64,000 nucleotides of DNA from an uncultured Bifidobacteriaceae bacterium (GCA_964413165.1 CAYPSF010000001.1:1238-65237), one strand, 5' to 3'. Shown: positions 31,985 through 42,745, counted from the first letter of the stretch. Program-made: numbers and translations. The notes: a model not told the origin generated them from the letters alone.

Positions 31985-34900
31985 GTGAAAAAACTTCTCT
32001 GGATCCCGCTCGTTTTGATTCTGGCGACCCGGTTGCTGGCGCAGTCGAATGCGCCGATTCGGCTGGCGTTGTTGGCGGAGACGGACGAGTCGTCCACGGC
32101 CGCGGATGTGTTGACGGCCCGGCTTTCCGGGAACCCCAAAATCCAGCTGCTCGAACGGAATGAGATTGAAAAGGTCTATCGCGAGCAAAAATTATCGGCG
32201 GCCAACAGGGATTATCTGAAGCTGGGCCAGGTTCTCGGCGCGGATGGATTGCTGTTGCTTGATGTGATCCGGACACCGCAGGCGACCAACCTGATGACCC
32301 GGCTGATTGCAGTGAAACCGGGGGTGGTTTTGACGGAAGTCGGTTTTTCCTGGCCGCTGAAAGACCTTTCCTCATGGGCGGATTCAGCGGCGACCTATCT
32401 TGATTCTTTTTTGCCGAAGTTGACGGTTTTGGTCAAAGACGCCATCCCCATTTCAGTGGTGAACCTGCGTTCAGCCGTCCAGTCGGCCGAGGCGAAGGAA
32501 ACGGAACGGCAATTGAAGCTGTTGACCGTCCAGCGGTTGAGCCAGGAGCGGCAGTTCTTTGTACTGGAGCGGCAACGGATGCAGTTACTAGGCGAGGAAA
32601 AGGAACTGAAAGCGGATGAGTCGGCGTTCTGGAACGGCAGTTACCTGCTGGAAGGGGTGGTGGATCAAAATGGTTATGCCAAAGACACCATCACCATCAA
32701 TGCGCGCCTGACGCCGAAGGGTGGCGCGCCGTTGCTGATGGAAGTCAGCGGCCGGCGCACGGATTATGCCGAAGTTATCAACCGGCTGGCGGCAAAGGTG
32801 GCCGAGTTGTTGAAGGTCCATTCCACCGTCGAGGAGTGGAATGCAACCGCTGAGGCACAACAATATTTTGACGAGGCGCAATGGGCGATGAAGTGGGGAG
32901 TTTACGCGGAGGCACAGGCGGCGGCGGACTCGGCGTGGGCTTTGGGAAAGCACGATCAGGATTGTGCCATGGTGCGAATCAAGTCATATGAAAGCACCCT
33001 GCATACGATCCCGATCGACCTGGAAGGAGGCATTGACGCGGCAATCGTTAATGACAAGTCGCAGCAAATTTTTTTGGCCCGGGAAATAAAGGAGACTTTA
33101 GCCGCGCACGTCGCGGTGATTTTTGAAACCAACCGAGGCGGGATCAGTTATCTTTGCCTGGCCCAATTACCCGATCCCCGGGACATCGACCGCGCCTTTC
33201 ATGCCTTGGAACTATATTATGCCTTCAGCCGGACCCTGCCCGAAGCGGCACCCATGGTGAGTCGCGACCCGCGAACCACCCGCTGGCACAATTCGGATTG
33301 GTATAATCTGGGCCTGGAAGACCTGGCCGCGGCATCGAAGGTCCTGCTATCCTTTCAACTGGTTCCCGAATCTCAAAAGCCGGTGGCTGACAAGCTGGCG
33401 GAATTGCGCGCGATGGCCCGCTCGGTTGCCGGATGGATATCCCAATCGCCGTCAGTGCGTGACAGTTATTTTGTCGGTGAAAGACTGGCGACCCATGACG
33501 AGCTGGATGAAACGATCTATTCGAAGCCCAACATTTTCAGCTGCAAACTGAAGTGGGGCAGTCTCTGGCAGGAAACACCCGCGGACTGTATAACGCTTTA
33601 CCGCGAATTGATGGCCAGTCCGGTTTTTGGTTATATTCACAATCCACTTTGGTCGCACCGGCTGCAGTTGCCGGCGGAGGCCATGGACCCCGATCACCGG
33701 TTGGAACCGCCACGACTCATTGCCTGGAACGAAAAGGACCGGCAGTTGATTCCAGTCATTTGGAACAATTTCATCCGGGAACTGGATGGTTCAACCAATG
33801 TCCTTTGGCAGTTGGAAGCAAAAGCCCTCCAATTTGCCGACGCCACCGATGAACGACAGATGGGGTTGACGTTCACCAACTTTTTCGAAGCGCTCTTAGC
33901 GAATCGCGACCTGTTTTTGGCCCATAATGTCGAGCTGCTTTACTTGAATTGGGGTGCGGACAACCTGATGGAGGTGAGGCGTGGTCTTGACCTGTCCTTG
34001 CCAACCCCGGACTCATTGGTGCGACAGTTTTATTCCCAATATCGCCCCAAGCTCGAGGCGCTGGACCAGGAGTACTGGGACAAGACCGTACCCCGGATAC
34101 AAGTGCGAGAGGCCTTTGGAAAGCAGGTCGAATACTTGAAAAATAACACCCCTTACGATTGGGCTAAATTCAATCAGATCTTCGAGTTGCGGGAGTACAC
34201 CAAGGCCCAGGCAACGGAGATCCTCCCGCTCCTGGCCGCCTACCAGTCGAATCTCATCGCCCTGGCGGAAGGGAAATCACTTCCCGATCGGTTCAAAGCA
34301 ACCAATGACAGCCGTTGGGTGGAACTCGTTGCCGACAGACGCGCCAAGGAAATCCTGAATGCACCCGCGCCCGTTTCGAAAACGGAGGCGGTTCAAAACC
34401 TGAATTCCCGGCCGGTCGCGGTTGTGCCTCCGCCGGTCGTTGCCAGGCCGTCCGGGGTGCTGTCCGAAACGGTCACGAATGTGTTGCGGGTCGAAAAATA
34501 TCTGAAGCTGCCCCAGGAACAATTGCCGAAAGAGGAAGAGATTTTGGAAGGGGAGGACCGGTGGGATTTCAAAATCGCCGCCAGCCGCTGGTGTGCCGGC
34601 AAACTCGTGTTGGACCTGCGTTACAGCACCATGCTCTATCGGAACGGCGTCGGTGCGGGAACCACCCGGGCGTTGGCCGCCATTTTCAATCCCAAGGACC
34701 AAAGCTGGGAGCTGGTCCGGTACCCGTCCAGCGATGATTCCCCCGATCATCTTCCCTGGGAGCTGGAGCGAGTGCCGGCCGAAATTTTTCAAGGCCGTTT
34801 CTATTTCCGGGACGAGGACAAAATCAAACAATATGATTTCCCCACCCGCCAGTGGAAAACCCTCGACGTTCGCGTGCAACCGAATACCGGACTGGATGCC

Positions 34901-36481
34901 CTGGATGGACATCTATACGCCGTCAACCGCGAAAGCATTTTTGAAATCACCGATGGCGGCAAAGGGACGCGCATCCTGGCCAGTACCCGCCGGAGACCGG
35001 CGGCATCGGCGTTGGATTCGCTGGACAGCCTCGGGTCGCCCGTGCTTTTTTCCAGACCGAACCACTCGCTGGGGGTCGTCATCGGCAGCAAGGTGTTTGT
35101 GTGGAATGGGAGCGACTGGACCGGATTGTTTTCCCTGGATTTCCCCCGGTCTTCCCCCCAGGCGGAAGCGCTTGACGACGCGGTCATCTTTCGTTTCAAG
35201 TCACCGGATTATTCAGCCATGCTTTGGTTTTGGGATAAAAGCAAGCCGGCGCCGGAACTGTCCCTGTATGAAAAATCAAAGCCGCCACCTTATGTTACCC
35301 TGGGCTCAAAACCCGCACCCCCGCCGGCAAAGGCGGTGTGGACATCGCCAGGAGGCGATTCCCTCGTGAGTGCCCCCGGGACTTTTTGGAAATCGAACCT
35401 CTATTTCTTCGTTGAGCACGCGAAGGTGATCGAGGTGGATCCCCACCTGACGGCGGAAGAAAAAAGCGGTGAGAAACCGCTGGGCAGCATGGAACGTGGC
35501 CGCCGCCAGTGGACCATAACCGACAAAGACGGTTATCATGCCAAACTGGTTTGCCTCAGTCGCGATTGCGCCGAACCGATTGTCGTCCCGTTGAAATTTG
35601 ATTTGGAACACGGCCAGCCTCCGCTCTACAGCCTCGGAGCCAGGATGGCCCCTCCCGGTTCGGACGCGGGTCCCACCTGGATTTTTTTCACATCGGATAC
35701 GCTCTACGTCGGCCAGCCGGAGGCCCTGGGCATCTGGGCGATTCCCGTTTCTGAAGTTGAAGCCGCCGTTGCAGCGCAAAGGCAGGTCATGCTTGGTAAC
35801 AAAGCGCGGGCAACCCGGGACGCGGAACAGCGCCGCAAGGATATGCTCGCAAAATATGATCACAATCATAACGGGTCCATCGATCCCGACGAAAAAGAAG
35901 CGGCCCTGGATGACCCCGCCTATATCGAATCTGAAATGGACGCGATTGACGCCAATCACAATGGCCGGCTGGAGGCAACGGAACTCGCCTGGTTCGACGC
36001 CAACCAGAACCAGATTCTGGACCCGAAGGAACAGGCCGGGATCGACCTGGCCCAACATTGGCTGGCGGCAAGGCGCTTGAAGGAATTTGATGCCAATGAC
36101 GACGGATTCCTCGACCGCTCAGAATTCAATAACTTATGGTTGGCGGAACCGGAACTGGCCGACCCAATTTTCCGGACCGCGCCCGCGCCCTTCCTGGATA
36201 ACAACCACGACGGCCAGCTTGATCTTGGGGAACTGGCGACATTCCTGAACCAGCAGACAAGCAGAACGCTTTTGGTGCCGGGCCTGTCCAGAGCCATCCT
36301 TTATGAGCAGATGGGGATCAGCCCCCGCGAGCAGGTTGACCCCCGGCAGATGTTCAAAGCCACGGTGGAATTTTACTGGCAACATCCGGGCGGCATCACC
36401 AATGGCCCGCCCTTTCACCGGGGCATCCCGCCCGGCCGGCGTGATGGTACCAATGGGATGCCCAGCGGCAAAGTTCCGTGA
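31985..36481 (+). CDS. Giant secreted protein: CsgG/LpoB-like N-module, long helical/unknown body, C-terminal EF-hand cluster
   Basis: 1498 aa. GTG start after GAGGA. Signal peptide MKKLLWIPLVLILATRLLAQS. N-module IRLALL...LLERNEIEKVYREQKLS...LGQVLGADGLLLLDV. Five EF-hand loops near the C-terminus. Confidence 0.8.
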   Translation: MKKLLWIPLVLILATRLLAQSNAPIRLALLAETDESSTAADVLTARLSGNPKIQLLERNEIEKVYREQKLSAANRDYLKLGQVLGADGLLLLDVIRTPQATNLMTRLIAVKPGVVLTEVGFSWPLKDLSSWADSAATYLDSFLPKLTVLVKDAIPISVVNLRSAVQSAEAKETERQLKLLTVQRLSQERQFFVLERQRMQLLGEEKELKADESAFWNGSYLLEGVVDQNGYAKDTITINARLTPKGGAPLLMEVSGRRTDYAEVINRLAAKVAELLKVHSTVEEWNATAEAQQYFDEAQWAMKWGVYAEAQAAADSAWALGKHDQDCAMVRIKSYESTLHTIPIDLEGGIDAAIVNDKSQQIFLAREIKETLAAHVAVIFETNRGGISYLCLAQLPDPRDIDRAFHALELYYAFSRTLPEAAPMVSRDPRTTRWHNSDWYNLGLEDLAAASKVLLSFQLVPESQKPVADKLAELRAMARSVAGWISQSPSVRDSYFVGERLATHDELDETIYSKPNIFSCKLKWGSLWQETPADCITLYRELMASPVFGYIHNPLWSHRLQLPAEAMDPDHRLEPPRLIAWNEKDRQLIPVIWNNFIRELDGSTNVLWQLEAKALQFADATDERQMGLTFTNFFEALLANRDLFLAHNVELLYLNWGADNLMEVRRGLDLSLPTPDSLVRQFYSQYRPKLEALDQEYWDKTVPRIQVREAFGKQVEYLKNNTPYDWAKFNQIFELREYTKAQATEILPLLAAYQSNLIALAEGKSLPDRFKATNDSRWVELVADRRAKEILNAPAPVSKTEAVQNLNSRPVAVVPPPVVARPSGVLSETVTNVLRVEKYLKLPQEQLPKEEEILEGEDRWDFKIAASRWCAGKLVLDLRYSTMLYRNGVGAGTTRALAAIFNPKDQSWELVRYPSSDDSPDHLPWELERVPAEIFQGRFYFRDEDKIKQYDFPTRQWKTLDVRVQPNTGLDALDGHLYAVNRESIFEITDGGKGTRILASTRRRPAASALDSLDSLGSPVLFSRPNHSLGVVIGSKVFVWNGSDWTGLFSLDFPRSSPQAEALDDAVIFRFKSPDYSAMLWFWDKSKPAPELSLYEKSKPPPYVTLGSKPAPPPAKAVWTSPGGDSLVSAPGTFWKSNLYFFVEHAKVIEVDPHLTAEEKSGEKPLGSMERGRRQWTITDKDGYHAKLVCLSRDCAEPIVVPLKFDLEHGQPPLYSLGARMAPPGSDAGPTWIFFTSDTLYVGQPEALGIWAIPVSEVEAAVAAQRQVMLGNKARATRDAEQRRKDMLAKYDHNHNGSIDPDEKEAALDDPAYIESEMDAIDANHNGRLEATELAWFDANQNQILDPKEQAGIDLAQHWLAARRLKEFDANDDGFLDRSEFNNLWLAEPELADPIFRTAPAPFLDNNHDGQLDLGELATFLNQQTSRTLLVPGLSRAILYEQMGISPREQVDPRQMFKATVEFYWQHPGGITNGPPFHRGIPPGRRDGTNGMPSGKVP

Positions 36482-36548
36482 GGGGGGGCCCAGTTTTATC
36501 AAAGGATTTGCCGGTCGCAATGGTCATAATAGGTTGAAAAGATGATGT

Positions 36549-37448
36549 ATGAACCAACCGGGCACATTTGAGACAAAGCTTCCGTGGTGCAGCGTTTTGA
36601 GACGGAGGACATCGCTGTCGCTCGGCCTGATTTTTTTCGCGCTCACCGGCGCAGCGGTCCGCACGGCTTATGGACAGTTGGAATTAACTGCCGACAAGGA
36701 GGCGCAGCGGGTGTTCGCCGGTGATGCGCGAAAAGTTACCATCATCTGGCATAACGCCAGCGACCAAAATGCCAGCGCCGACGTCTGTGCGCGGCTGTAT
36801 CAAGCCAGTTCCGCCACGGCCGCTCCGCTGTCCGAAAAAGCCTGGAAGAAAATCGAGATTTTGCCCGGGCAGACCGTTTCCGAATCCGCGGCGATCGACT
36901 TCCCCGCCGTGAACGCGGAAACGCGGTTCCTGATTCAATGGCTGGACGGCACCAAACGGGTCGTGGGCCGGACCGACGTGCTGGTGTACCCGACGAATTT
37001 GCTGGGGGAACTGAAACCGCTGCTGGGTGAAGCCAGCCTGGGCGTGCTGGATCCGAACCACGAACTCAAACCATTGCTCCAGCAAAACAAAATCGAATTT
37101 TCGGATTTGGGAGAAACGGCGCTGGAGAATTTTCAGGGCAAACTGGCCATCATTGGCCCGTTCCAAACCAGGGCGCAGGTGCGCGAAGGTTTGAGGCAGT
37201 CCATTCAAAAAATTGCCCGGAAGGGCGTGGCGGTGGTCTGGATCCAACCGCCGCCCGGGCCCAAAGACCCAATCAAGCCGTCGTTCCATGTTGTGCCGGA
37301 GGACAAAGGCACGGTCGTGGTGGTCCAGGCGGATTTGCTGGCCCATCCCGCGGACAGTCCGCAGTCTCAGATGAACCTGGTTTATTTTTGCAGGCTGGCG
37401 TTGAATCCCGCGCCGCTTTCCCTACCCGATTTCAATGCTCAACCATGA
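36549..37448 (+). CDS. Secreted hypothetical protein
   Basis: 299 aa. Hydrophobic signal-like segment LSLGLIFFALTGAAVRTAYG. No recognisable family. Confidence 0.55.
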   Translation: MNQPGTFETKLPWCSVLRRRTSLSLGLIFFALTGAAVRTAYGQLELTADKEAQRVFAGDARKVTIIWHNASDQNASADVCARLYQASSATAAPLSEKAWKKIEILPGQTVSESAAIDFPAVNAETRFLIQWLDGTKRVVGRTDVLVYPTNLLGELKPLLGEASLGVLDPNHELKPLLQQNKIEFSDLGETALENFQGKLAIIGPFQTRAQVREGLRQSIQKIARKGVAVVWIQPPPGPKDPIKPSFHVVPEDKGTVVVVQADLLAHPADSPQSQMNLVYFCRLALNPAPLSLPDFNAQP

Positions 37449-37461
37449 ACCAAAACAAATT

Positions 37462-38391
37462 ATGAAAACACAAATTCCCTTGATCACGGCCCTGCTGCTG
37501 GCCGCCGGTACGATCGTCCACGCCGCCGGCGATGATGTTCTCACCGTGGCGGTCTTCGATTTTGAATCCAAGGACGAAGCCGTGACCGGCCTGGGTCCCA
37601 AGGTGGCCACGCTGGTCAACGCCAACCTGTCCGCCGAGCCCCAAATCATCACCGTCGAGCGCGCCGAACTGGAAAAGGTCCTGGGCGAACAGGAACTGGG
37701 CCTGTCCGGCACTGTCAGCTCGGAAAGCGCGGCCAAAGTCGGCCAATTGACCGGCGCCAAGGTGCTCGTCACCGGCAAGGTGTTCAAGGCGGACGATCAA
37801 ACCTTCATCGTGGCCAAGGTCATCGGCACCGAGACCAGCCGGGTTTATGGCGAAATGGTCCAAGGCGGATCGTCGGCCAAACTGGCTGATCTGTCGTCCA
37901 GCCTCGCGAAAAAGATTGCCGCCGACGTGGTGCAAAAAGGCGACACCCTGGTGGCCAAGGTGGAAAGCCGCGAGGAACGGATCGCCAAACTCAAAAAGGC
38001 GCTCGAGGGAAAGAAACTGCCGGCTGTTTCGGTGAAAATCAGCGAGCGGCATTACGGGCCGCACATCATTGACCCGGCGGCGGAGACGGAACTGTCGCTG
38101 ATCCTGCAACAATGCGGCTTCACGCTGGTGGATGACAATTCCACGAACAAGCCGGCCATCGAAATCACCGGGGAAGCCTTCAGCGCCTATGGTTTGCAAA
38201 AGGGCAACCTGATCTCCTGCAAATCACGCCTCGAGATCAAGGTCCGCGACCTGGCGACGGGAAACCTGCTGGTGGTGGACCGTCAGACCAGCGTGGGCGT
38301 GGATATTGCCGAGCAGACCGCCGCCAAGACGGCGTTGCAGAACGCGGCGGATGTGCTGGCGGATCGGGTCATTCCAAAGTTGGCGCGATGA
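37462..38391 (+). CDS. CsgG-family-like periplasmic protein (stand-alone copy of the shared N-module)
   Basis: MKTQIPLITALLLAAGTIVHA signal peptide. LTVAVFDFESKDEAVTGLGPKVATLVNANL...ITVERAELEKVLGEQELGLSG...AAKVGQLTGAKVLVTGKVF matches the CsgG/LpoB-type pattern. The ORF-track start is 37435. Confidence 0.7.
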   Translation: MKTQIPLITALLLAAGTIVHAAGDDVLTVAVFDFESKDEAVTGLGPKVATLVNANLSAEPQIITVERAELEKVLGEQELGLSGTVSSESAAKVGQLTGAKVLVTGKVFKADDQTFIVAKVIGTETSRVYGEMVQGGSSAKLADLSSSLAKKIAADVVQKGDTLVAKVESREERIAKLKKALEGKKLPAVSVKISERHYGPHIIDPAAETELSLILQQCGFTLVDDNSTNKPAIEITGEAFSAYGLQKGNLISCKSRLEIKVRDLATGNLLVVDRQTSVGVDIAEQTAAKTALQNAADVLADRVIPKLAR

Positions 38392-38481
38392 AGTGCCGCT
38401 GGTTTTGGTGAACGCCGTTTTTCTTTTCATTGCGACGATATCCGCGCGATAAATTTTAACGCCCGATGAACAGGAAGCTCT

Positions 38482-39528
38482 ATGAGTGATTTCAAATTTT
38501 CATGCCCCGCCTGCGGCCAAAACATTTTGTGCGACACGACGGATGCGGGAAAGCAGATGACCTGTCCGGGCTGCAATGCTCGGATCGCCGTGCCGGAGGA
38601 AGCGGCCGGACCCGCCGCGGTTCCTCTCCGGACCGACACGCCGCCCTGGCCGGGCTACAACGCAACCGCCGTCACTCCAAAGACTTCCCGTTTGGCCATC
38701 GCGTCACTGGTCTGTTCCCTGTTGTCATTGATCATGTGCCTTGGCTGGCTCCCGGGAATCATTTGCGGGCATCTGGCCAAATCACGAATTCGCCGGGACC
38801 CGTCGCTCAAAGGAATTGGCCTCGCCAAGGCGGGCCTCCTGATTAGCTATCTGATTTTGATATCGGAAGCGGGAACCGCCGCCGTCTATGTCTGGCGGAT
38901 TTCTGCCGCAATGAAACAGGGATACCAGGATGTCCGGCACAACCTGGCTACAAACAACTTCATTGTCGTGCAAACTCAATCCACAACCGTTTCCAACAGC
39001 GATGAACAGATTGAACCCGTCCTGCCCGGGATCGTTGTTACCAACCACCCGCCAGCCGAACCCGTCAAGCCTGAGACCGTTGCCGCCGGCAAACCGAAAG
39101 GCGAGCCCGCCAAATCCGGGTGGACATCCGACCTCAGCAAAGTTTCTTTTCCCGGCCACCCGGTCAGCGGGAGGCTGCGGGGAATTGATTTCGCCGCCCG
39201 GACGGTGTCGTTCAGGAATGGCGACCTTAAAATAAGATCTGAAGACGGAATACAACTGGACGTTCTTCGTCTCGACACCTCCATCGAAGGCGAGGGTTAC
39301 GACATCCAATCCGCAGACAACGGCAACGCCAATCCGCGGGTCAAGCTGACCTGGAATGAAGGCGGCGTGGTTCAGACCATGACCTTCAACCAGGGCTACG
39401 GCATGAAGCTGCAATTCAATCGAGCCATGAACCGGACGGTATCCGGGAAAATCTATTTGTGTTTTCCTGACGACTCAAAAAGCTGGGCCGCCGGCACATT
39501 TGAAGTGAAGCTTCCCAAACCGAAGTGA
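38482..39528 (+). CDS. Zinc-ribbon / DUF4190-like membrane protein with C-terminal beta-rich domain
   Basis: 348 aa. FSCPACGQNILCD...MTCPGCNARIAVP ribbon. LAIASLVCSLLSLIMCLGWLPGIICGHLAKSRIRRDPSLKGIGLAKAGLLISY (DUF4190-like). Confidence 0.6.
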   Translation: MSDFKFSCPACGQNILCDTTDAGKQMTCPGCNARIAVPEEAAGPAAVPLRTDTPPWPGYNATAVTPKTSRLAIASLVCSLLSLIMCLGWLPGIICGHLAKSRIRRDPSLKGIGLAKAGLLISYLILISEAGTAAVYVWRISAAMKQGYQDVRHNLATNNFIVVQTQSTTVSNSDEQIEPVLPGIVVTNHPPAEPVKPETVAAGKPKGEPAKSGWTSDLSKVSFPGHPVSGRLRGIDFAARTVSFRNGDLKIRSEDGIQLDVLRLDTSIEGEGYDIQSADNGNANPRVKLTWNEGGVVQTMTFNQGYGMKLQFNRAMNRTVSGKIYLCFPDDSKSWAAGTFEVKLPKPK

Positions 39529-39546
39529 CGGCAAAGCCATTCGGTT

Positions 39547-42500
39547 GTGAAAAGCATCTTCCTCTCCGTGCTGGCATTGACTTTGACGGTTGCGACGATT
39601 GGGGCGCAAACCAAACCCGTCAGGCTCGCCGTGTTCCCGGGCGAAGGCGACCGGGCGCCGGCGGACGTTGATTTCACCCGGATGGAAACCGCCCTCGCCG
39701 CCGATCCGGAGGTCGCGCTGGTGGAGCGGCAGCAAATCCGCAAAATCCTCGCCGAACAGAAACTCACCGCCAGCGTTCTGGCGAACCCTGCGACGGCCGC
39801 CCGGCTGGGGCAGTTGCTTTCGGCCGACCTTTTCCTGTTCGTTGAAAAATTGCCGGAACCGACGGCGGCCGCCTGGCGAGTTGAAGTCATTGAGACCCGC
39901 ACCGGCATATCGCTGGGCGGATTGATTTCCGCCGAGAAGAGTTTCAAGACCGACCCGAAGCAGATCTCCGACCTGGTGCAGGCGGCGGTTGCCAAGTGGC
40001 GGATCCCGCCGGAGAAACGGCGTTACCTGGGCATCCTGGGAGTGCGCAGCGAGGAATTGAACCGTTCGTTGTTCGGCGTCGCGGAATCGTTCGGCATGTT
40101 CCTGACCATCGATCTGGGGAAATCCCCGGAAGTGGTGATTCTGGACCGGGAACGGCTGGAGCATTTCCAGCACGAGCAGGAATTGACCGGTGCGGAAAAT
40201 GAATTGAAGGCATCCGCGCTCTTGCTGGCCGGAGGCGTGCGGCAGGCGGAAACGAACGGAGAACTGCGCTTCACGTTTTCGCTCTCGGCTCTGAAGGGGG
40301 GCAAGGCCCGGACATTCACTGTCCAGGTGCCGGAAGGTGATTTGAATGCGGCGCGCCGGGCGGTGGCCCGGGCGATTTTGGAGCAGTGCCAGGCCTCGGT
40401 TCCCCGGTCTTCCGCGGCGAACCCCAAACGGGAGGCGGCGCTTTTTTCTCAACGCGCCCAGATCCTGGCGGCACATGGAGAACTGGAACCCGCGGCCCGG
40501 GCGGCAGAAGCAGCGTTGGCCCTGTATCCCAGCCAGAAATACCAGCTGCAAGCCGCGGGGGCCTGGCAAAGCTTGAGCAGCAACCTGCCGGATGCATTGC
40601 GGTTTTGGGACCTGCAAATGGAATTGATCAACGAACACATTTCCCGCTGGAAAGACAATCAACCGGTACCGGTCAAGCTGCCCGTGGTTTGGAACACCTT
40701 TATCGCCATGGAACCGTTGCGAACCGAAACTGGCGCCCAGGATGCCGGGACGCGCGCTTCCCTGGCTGAATTGCGGGAGTTGTGCCGTACTTATTATCGG
40801 GTCGCACGCGAATACAACGCCGCGCGCTGGGAGGACCGGCTCAGCAACGCCATCAACGATCCACAATCGCAATGGACCTGGCTGGCGACCGAGTACGTCG
40901 GGTGGTTCGCCGATTGGAGCCGCGACGTGGAGGAATGGAAGGGATTGATGCGCGATGCGGTCGGGCAAATTGATGCGCCGTACGGCAAACAGGCGGTGCG
41001 GCTGGAAAGCAACACCACGCCGTTGGGTTATAACCAGACTTTCTATTTCGAACGCCTGGTGGATCAGGTCCCGGCCGCCCGGTTCAAATCGCCGGAGGAA
41101 TCCCGCCAGGTCATGGAGTTTTACGATTTATTGAGCCACAACACCAACGTTTGCGTGCGGTTCTGCGCTCTGGCCGCCAAATACAATTTTATTGAAGAAT
41201 CAGAGCATCGACGAGATGCCGTCATCGCTCAGGCGGCATTGGATATTTTCCTGAAAGACCTGCCCTTGGATCACTACTCGCGCCATTGGATGAATGACAA
41301 CATCTTCCCGTCGGGAGCGGTCGATCTCGTTTTTCGGGGATTGTCGGACCCGGCAACGCAAGACCGGTACGCGCATGCCATCCTCGATCCCGTTTTGGAA
41401 AGCGGCGATTCCGTCCGGCTCGACTCCTGGTACCCGCTTATTATTTCACATTTGAACATTCTGGAAACCGGCGGCCGGAAGGATGCGGCTTATGACTGGG
41501 CGGGCCGTCTGCTGCAAGTGTTCTATGCCCACCCGCGGGACCGGGGATTCGTGGAGCGGCTGGAGACGTTGCAACTCCGGCTCAAAGGCAAACTGAGCGT
41601 CACCCCGCCGGTTGTCCCGACGCCATTTCAGGTCGAGCCAGTTGCGATCGAACCGCCGCCGACAGATTATGGTCGCTTGGTGCAATCCTGCCGTCAGGGC
41701 GGGAATCTCATCATGGTCTGGACCCAACCTGGCCAGGCTGCGTCCGACATCCATCTGCGGGTGACCTCGGTACCGCTGACAGGCGGTCCGATGGCGGTCC
41801 GGGGCGAAACGAGTTTTCATTCCCCGCTGCCGGTGAATGAGCCTTGGCTGGAACCGGTGCATGCCGTGGTGGCCGGGAAAGACGCGATCTATGTGGCCAC
41901 CGTCGGCGGGTTGGTCATTTGCCGCGATGGCCAGGCGACCCTTTGGACGGAAAAACAAGGACTGCCGTACAATGACATTGCCTCCGTGGCGCTTTATGAC
42001 GGGAAGGGTTACCTGGGTGTAGGAGCGAGCGCCCCGCTGGTTTTGCAGCAGGTCGCCAGCGACTTTGTCGAGTTCGACCCGGCCACCCGGCATTTTACCA
42101 TTCTGGCGTCCGGCCGCGCCCAGCAGAAACGCAATGCCCTCGACGGTGGCCTGCCCTATACCATCAGCGGCATTTTGCCGGACGAAAAACGGGGCTGCCT
42201 GTGGTTCTCGATTACGGGCAGCGCCCGCACCGGCAAACGGTTCGGACTTTGGAAATTTTCCCCTGCCACCGGCGAGTTCCAGCAAATGACCCACGACGGG
42301 TACTGCCTCGACCGGCTGGCCTGGGCGGACGACAAAATCCTCGGAGCGGAGGTTGACCGTTCGCGGGGCTGCGACGGTCTGTTCGCCTACGATCCGGACA
42401 CGCTGGAACTCATCACCCTGTCGTATTCCGGAAGATATCGCGAACCCAAAAACGGACAGAGCCTGTTTGGCAAGACCCGCACACCGATCTGGCCGTGTGC

Positions 42501-42717
42501 CTGGACGCTGAACGGGTTGCTCGTCAGCGGGGGCGAAGGCAATCGCCGGTTATTTTGGATTGCCGATGCGTCGGCGGCGCCGGTTGCCTTGACCCGTCCG
42601 GACGGTGAACCCCTGAAGGATATTCGTTCCCTGCACTCGTTGGGCCGGCAGATTTTTGCCGTGACGGCCGAGGGCCAACTGTGGTCCCTTCGCCCGGGAA
42701 CCTCGGCCAAACCATAA
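39547..42717 (+). CDS. Large secreted protein: CsgG/LpoB-like N-module + helical region + propeller-like (Reg_prop-like) repeats
   Basis: 1056 aa. GTG start. Signal peptide MKSIFLSVLALTLTVATIGAQT. N-module VRLAVFPGEG...LVERQQIRKILAEQKLT...LGQLLSADLFLFV. C-terminal ...DAIYVATVGGLVICRDGQATLWTEKQGLPYNDIASVALYDGKGYLGVG. Confidence 0.8.
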   Translation: MKSIFLSVLALTLTVATIGAQTKPVRLAVFPGEGDRAPADVDFTRMETALAADPEVALVERQQIRKILAEQKLTASVLANPATAARLGQLLSADLFLFVEKLPEPTAAAWRVEVIETRTGISLGGLISAEKSFKTDPKQISDLVQAAVAKWRIPPEKRRYLGILGVRSEELNRSLFGVAESFGMFLTIDLGKSPEVVILDRERLEHFQHEQELTGAENELKASALLLAGGVRQAETNGELRFTFSLSALKGGKARTFTVQVPEGDLNAARRAVARAILEQCQASVPRSSAANPKREAALFSQRAQILAAHGELEPAARAAEAALALYPSQKYQLQAAGAWQSLSSNLPDALRFWDLQMELINEHISRWKDNQPVPVKLPVVWNTFIAMEPLRTETGAQDAGTRASLAELRELCRTYYRVAREYNAARWEDRLSNAINDPQSQWTWLATEYVGWFADWSRDVEEWKGLMRDAVGQIDAPYGKQAVRLESNTTPLGYNQTFYFERLVDQVPAARFKSPEESRQVMEFYDLLSHNTNVCVRFCALAAKYNFIEESEHRRDAVIAQAALDIFLKDLPLDHYSRHWMNDNIFPSGAVDLVFRGLSDPATQDRYAHAILDPVLESGDSVRLDSWYPLIISHLNILETGGRKDAAYDWAGRLLQVFYAHPRDRGFVERLETLQLRLKGKLSVTPPVVPTPFQVEPVAIEPPPTDYGRLVQSCRQGGNLIMVWTQPGQAASDIHLRVTSVPLTGGPMAVRGETSFHSPLPVNEPWLEPVHAVVAGKDAIYVATVGGLVICRDGQATLWTEKQGLPYNDIASVALYDGKGYLGVGASAPLVLQQVASDFVEFDPATRHFTILASGRAQQKRNALDGGLPYTISGILPDEKRGCLWFSITGSARTGKRFGLWKFSPATGEFQQMTHDGYCLDRLAWADDKILGAEVDRSRGCDGLFAYDPDTLELITLSYSGRYREPKNGQSLFGKTRTPIWPCAWTLNGLLVSGGEGNRRLFWIADASAAPVALTRPDGEPLKDIRSLHSLGRQIFAVTAEGQLWSLRPGTSAKP

Positions 42718-42745
42718 AGATCAACAACGCAGGAATCATCTGAAT

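Noticed and set aside
39475-40968. 497-aa minus-strand ORF
   Set aside because: It is antisense to the 1056-aa module protein and is Arg/Gly/Pro-rich.
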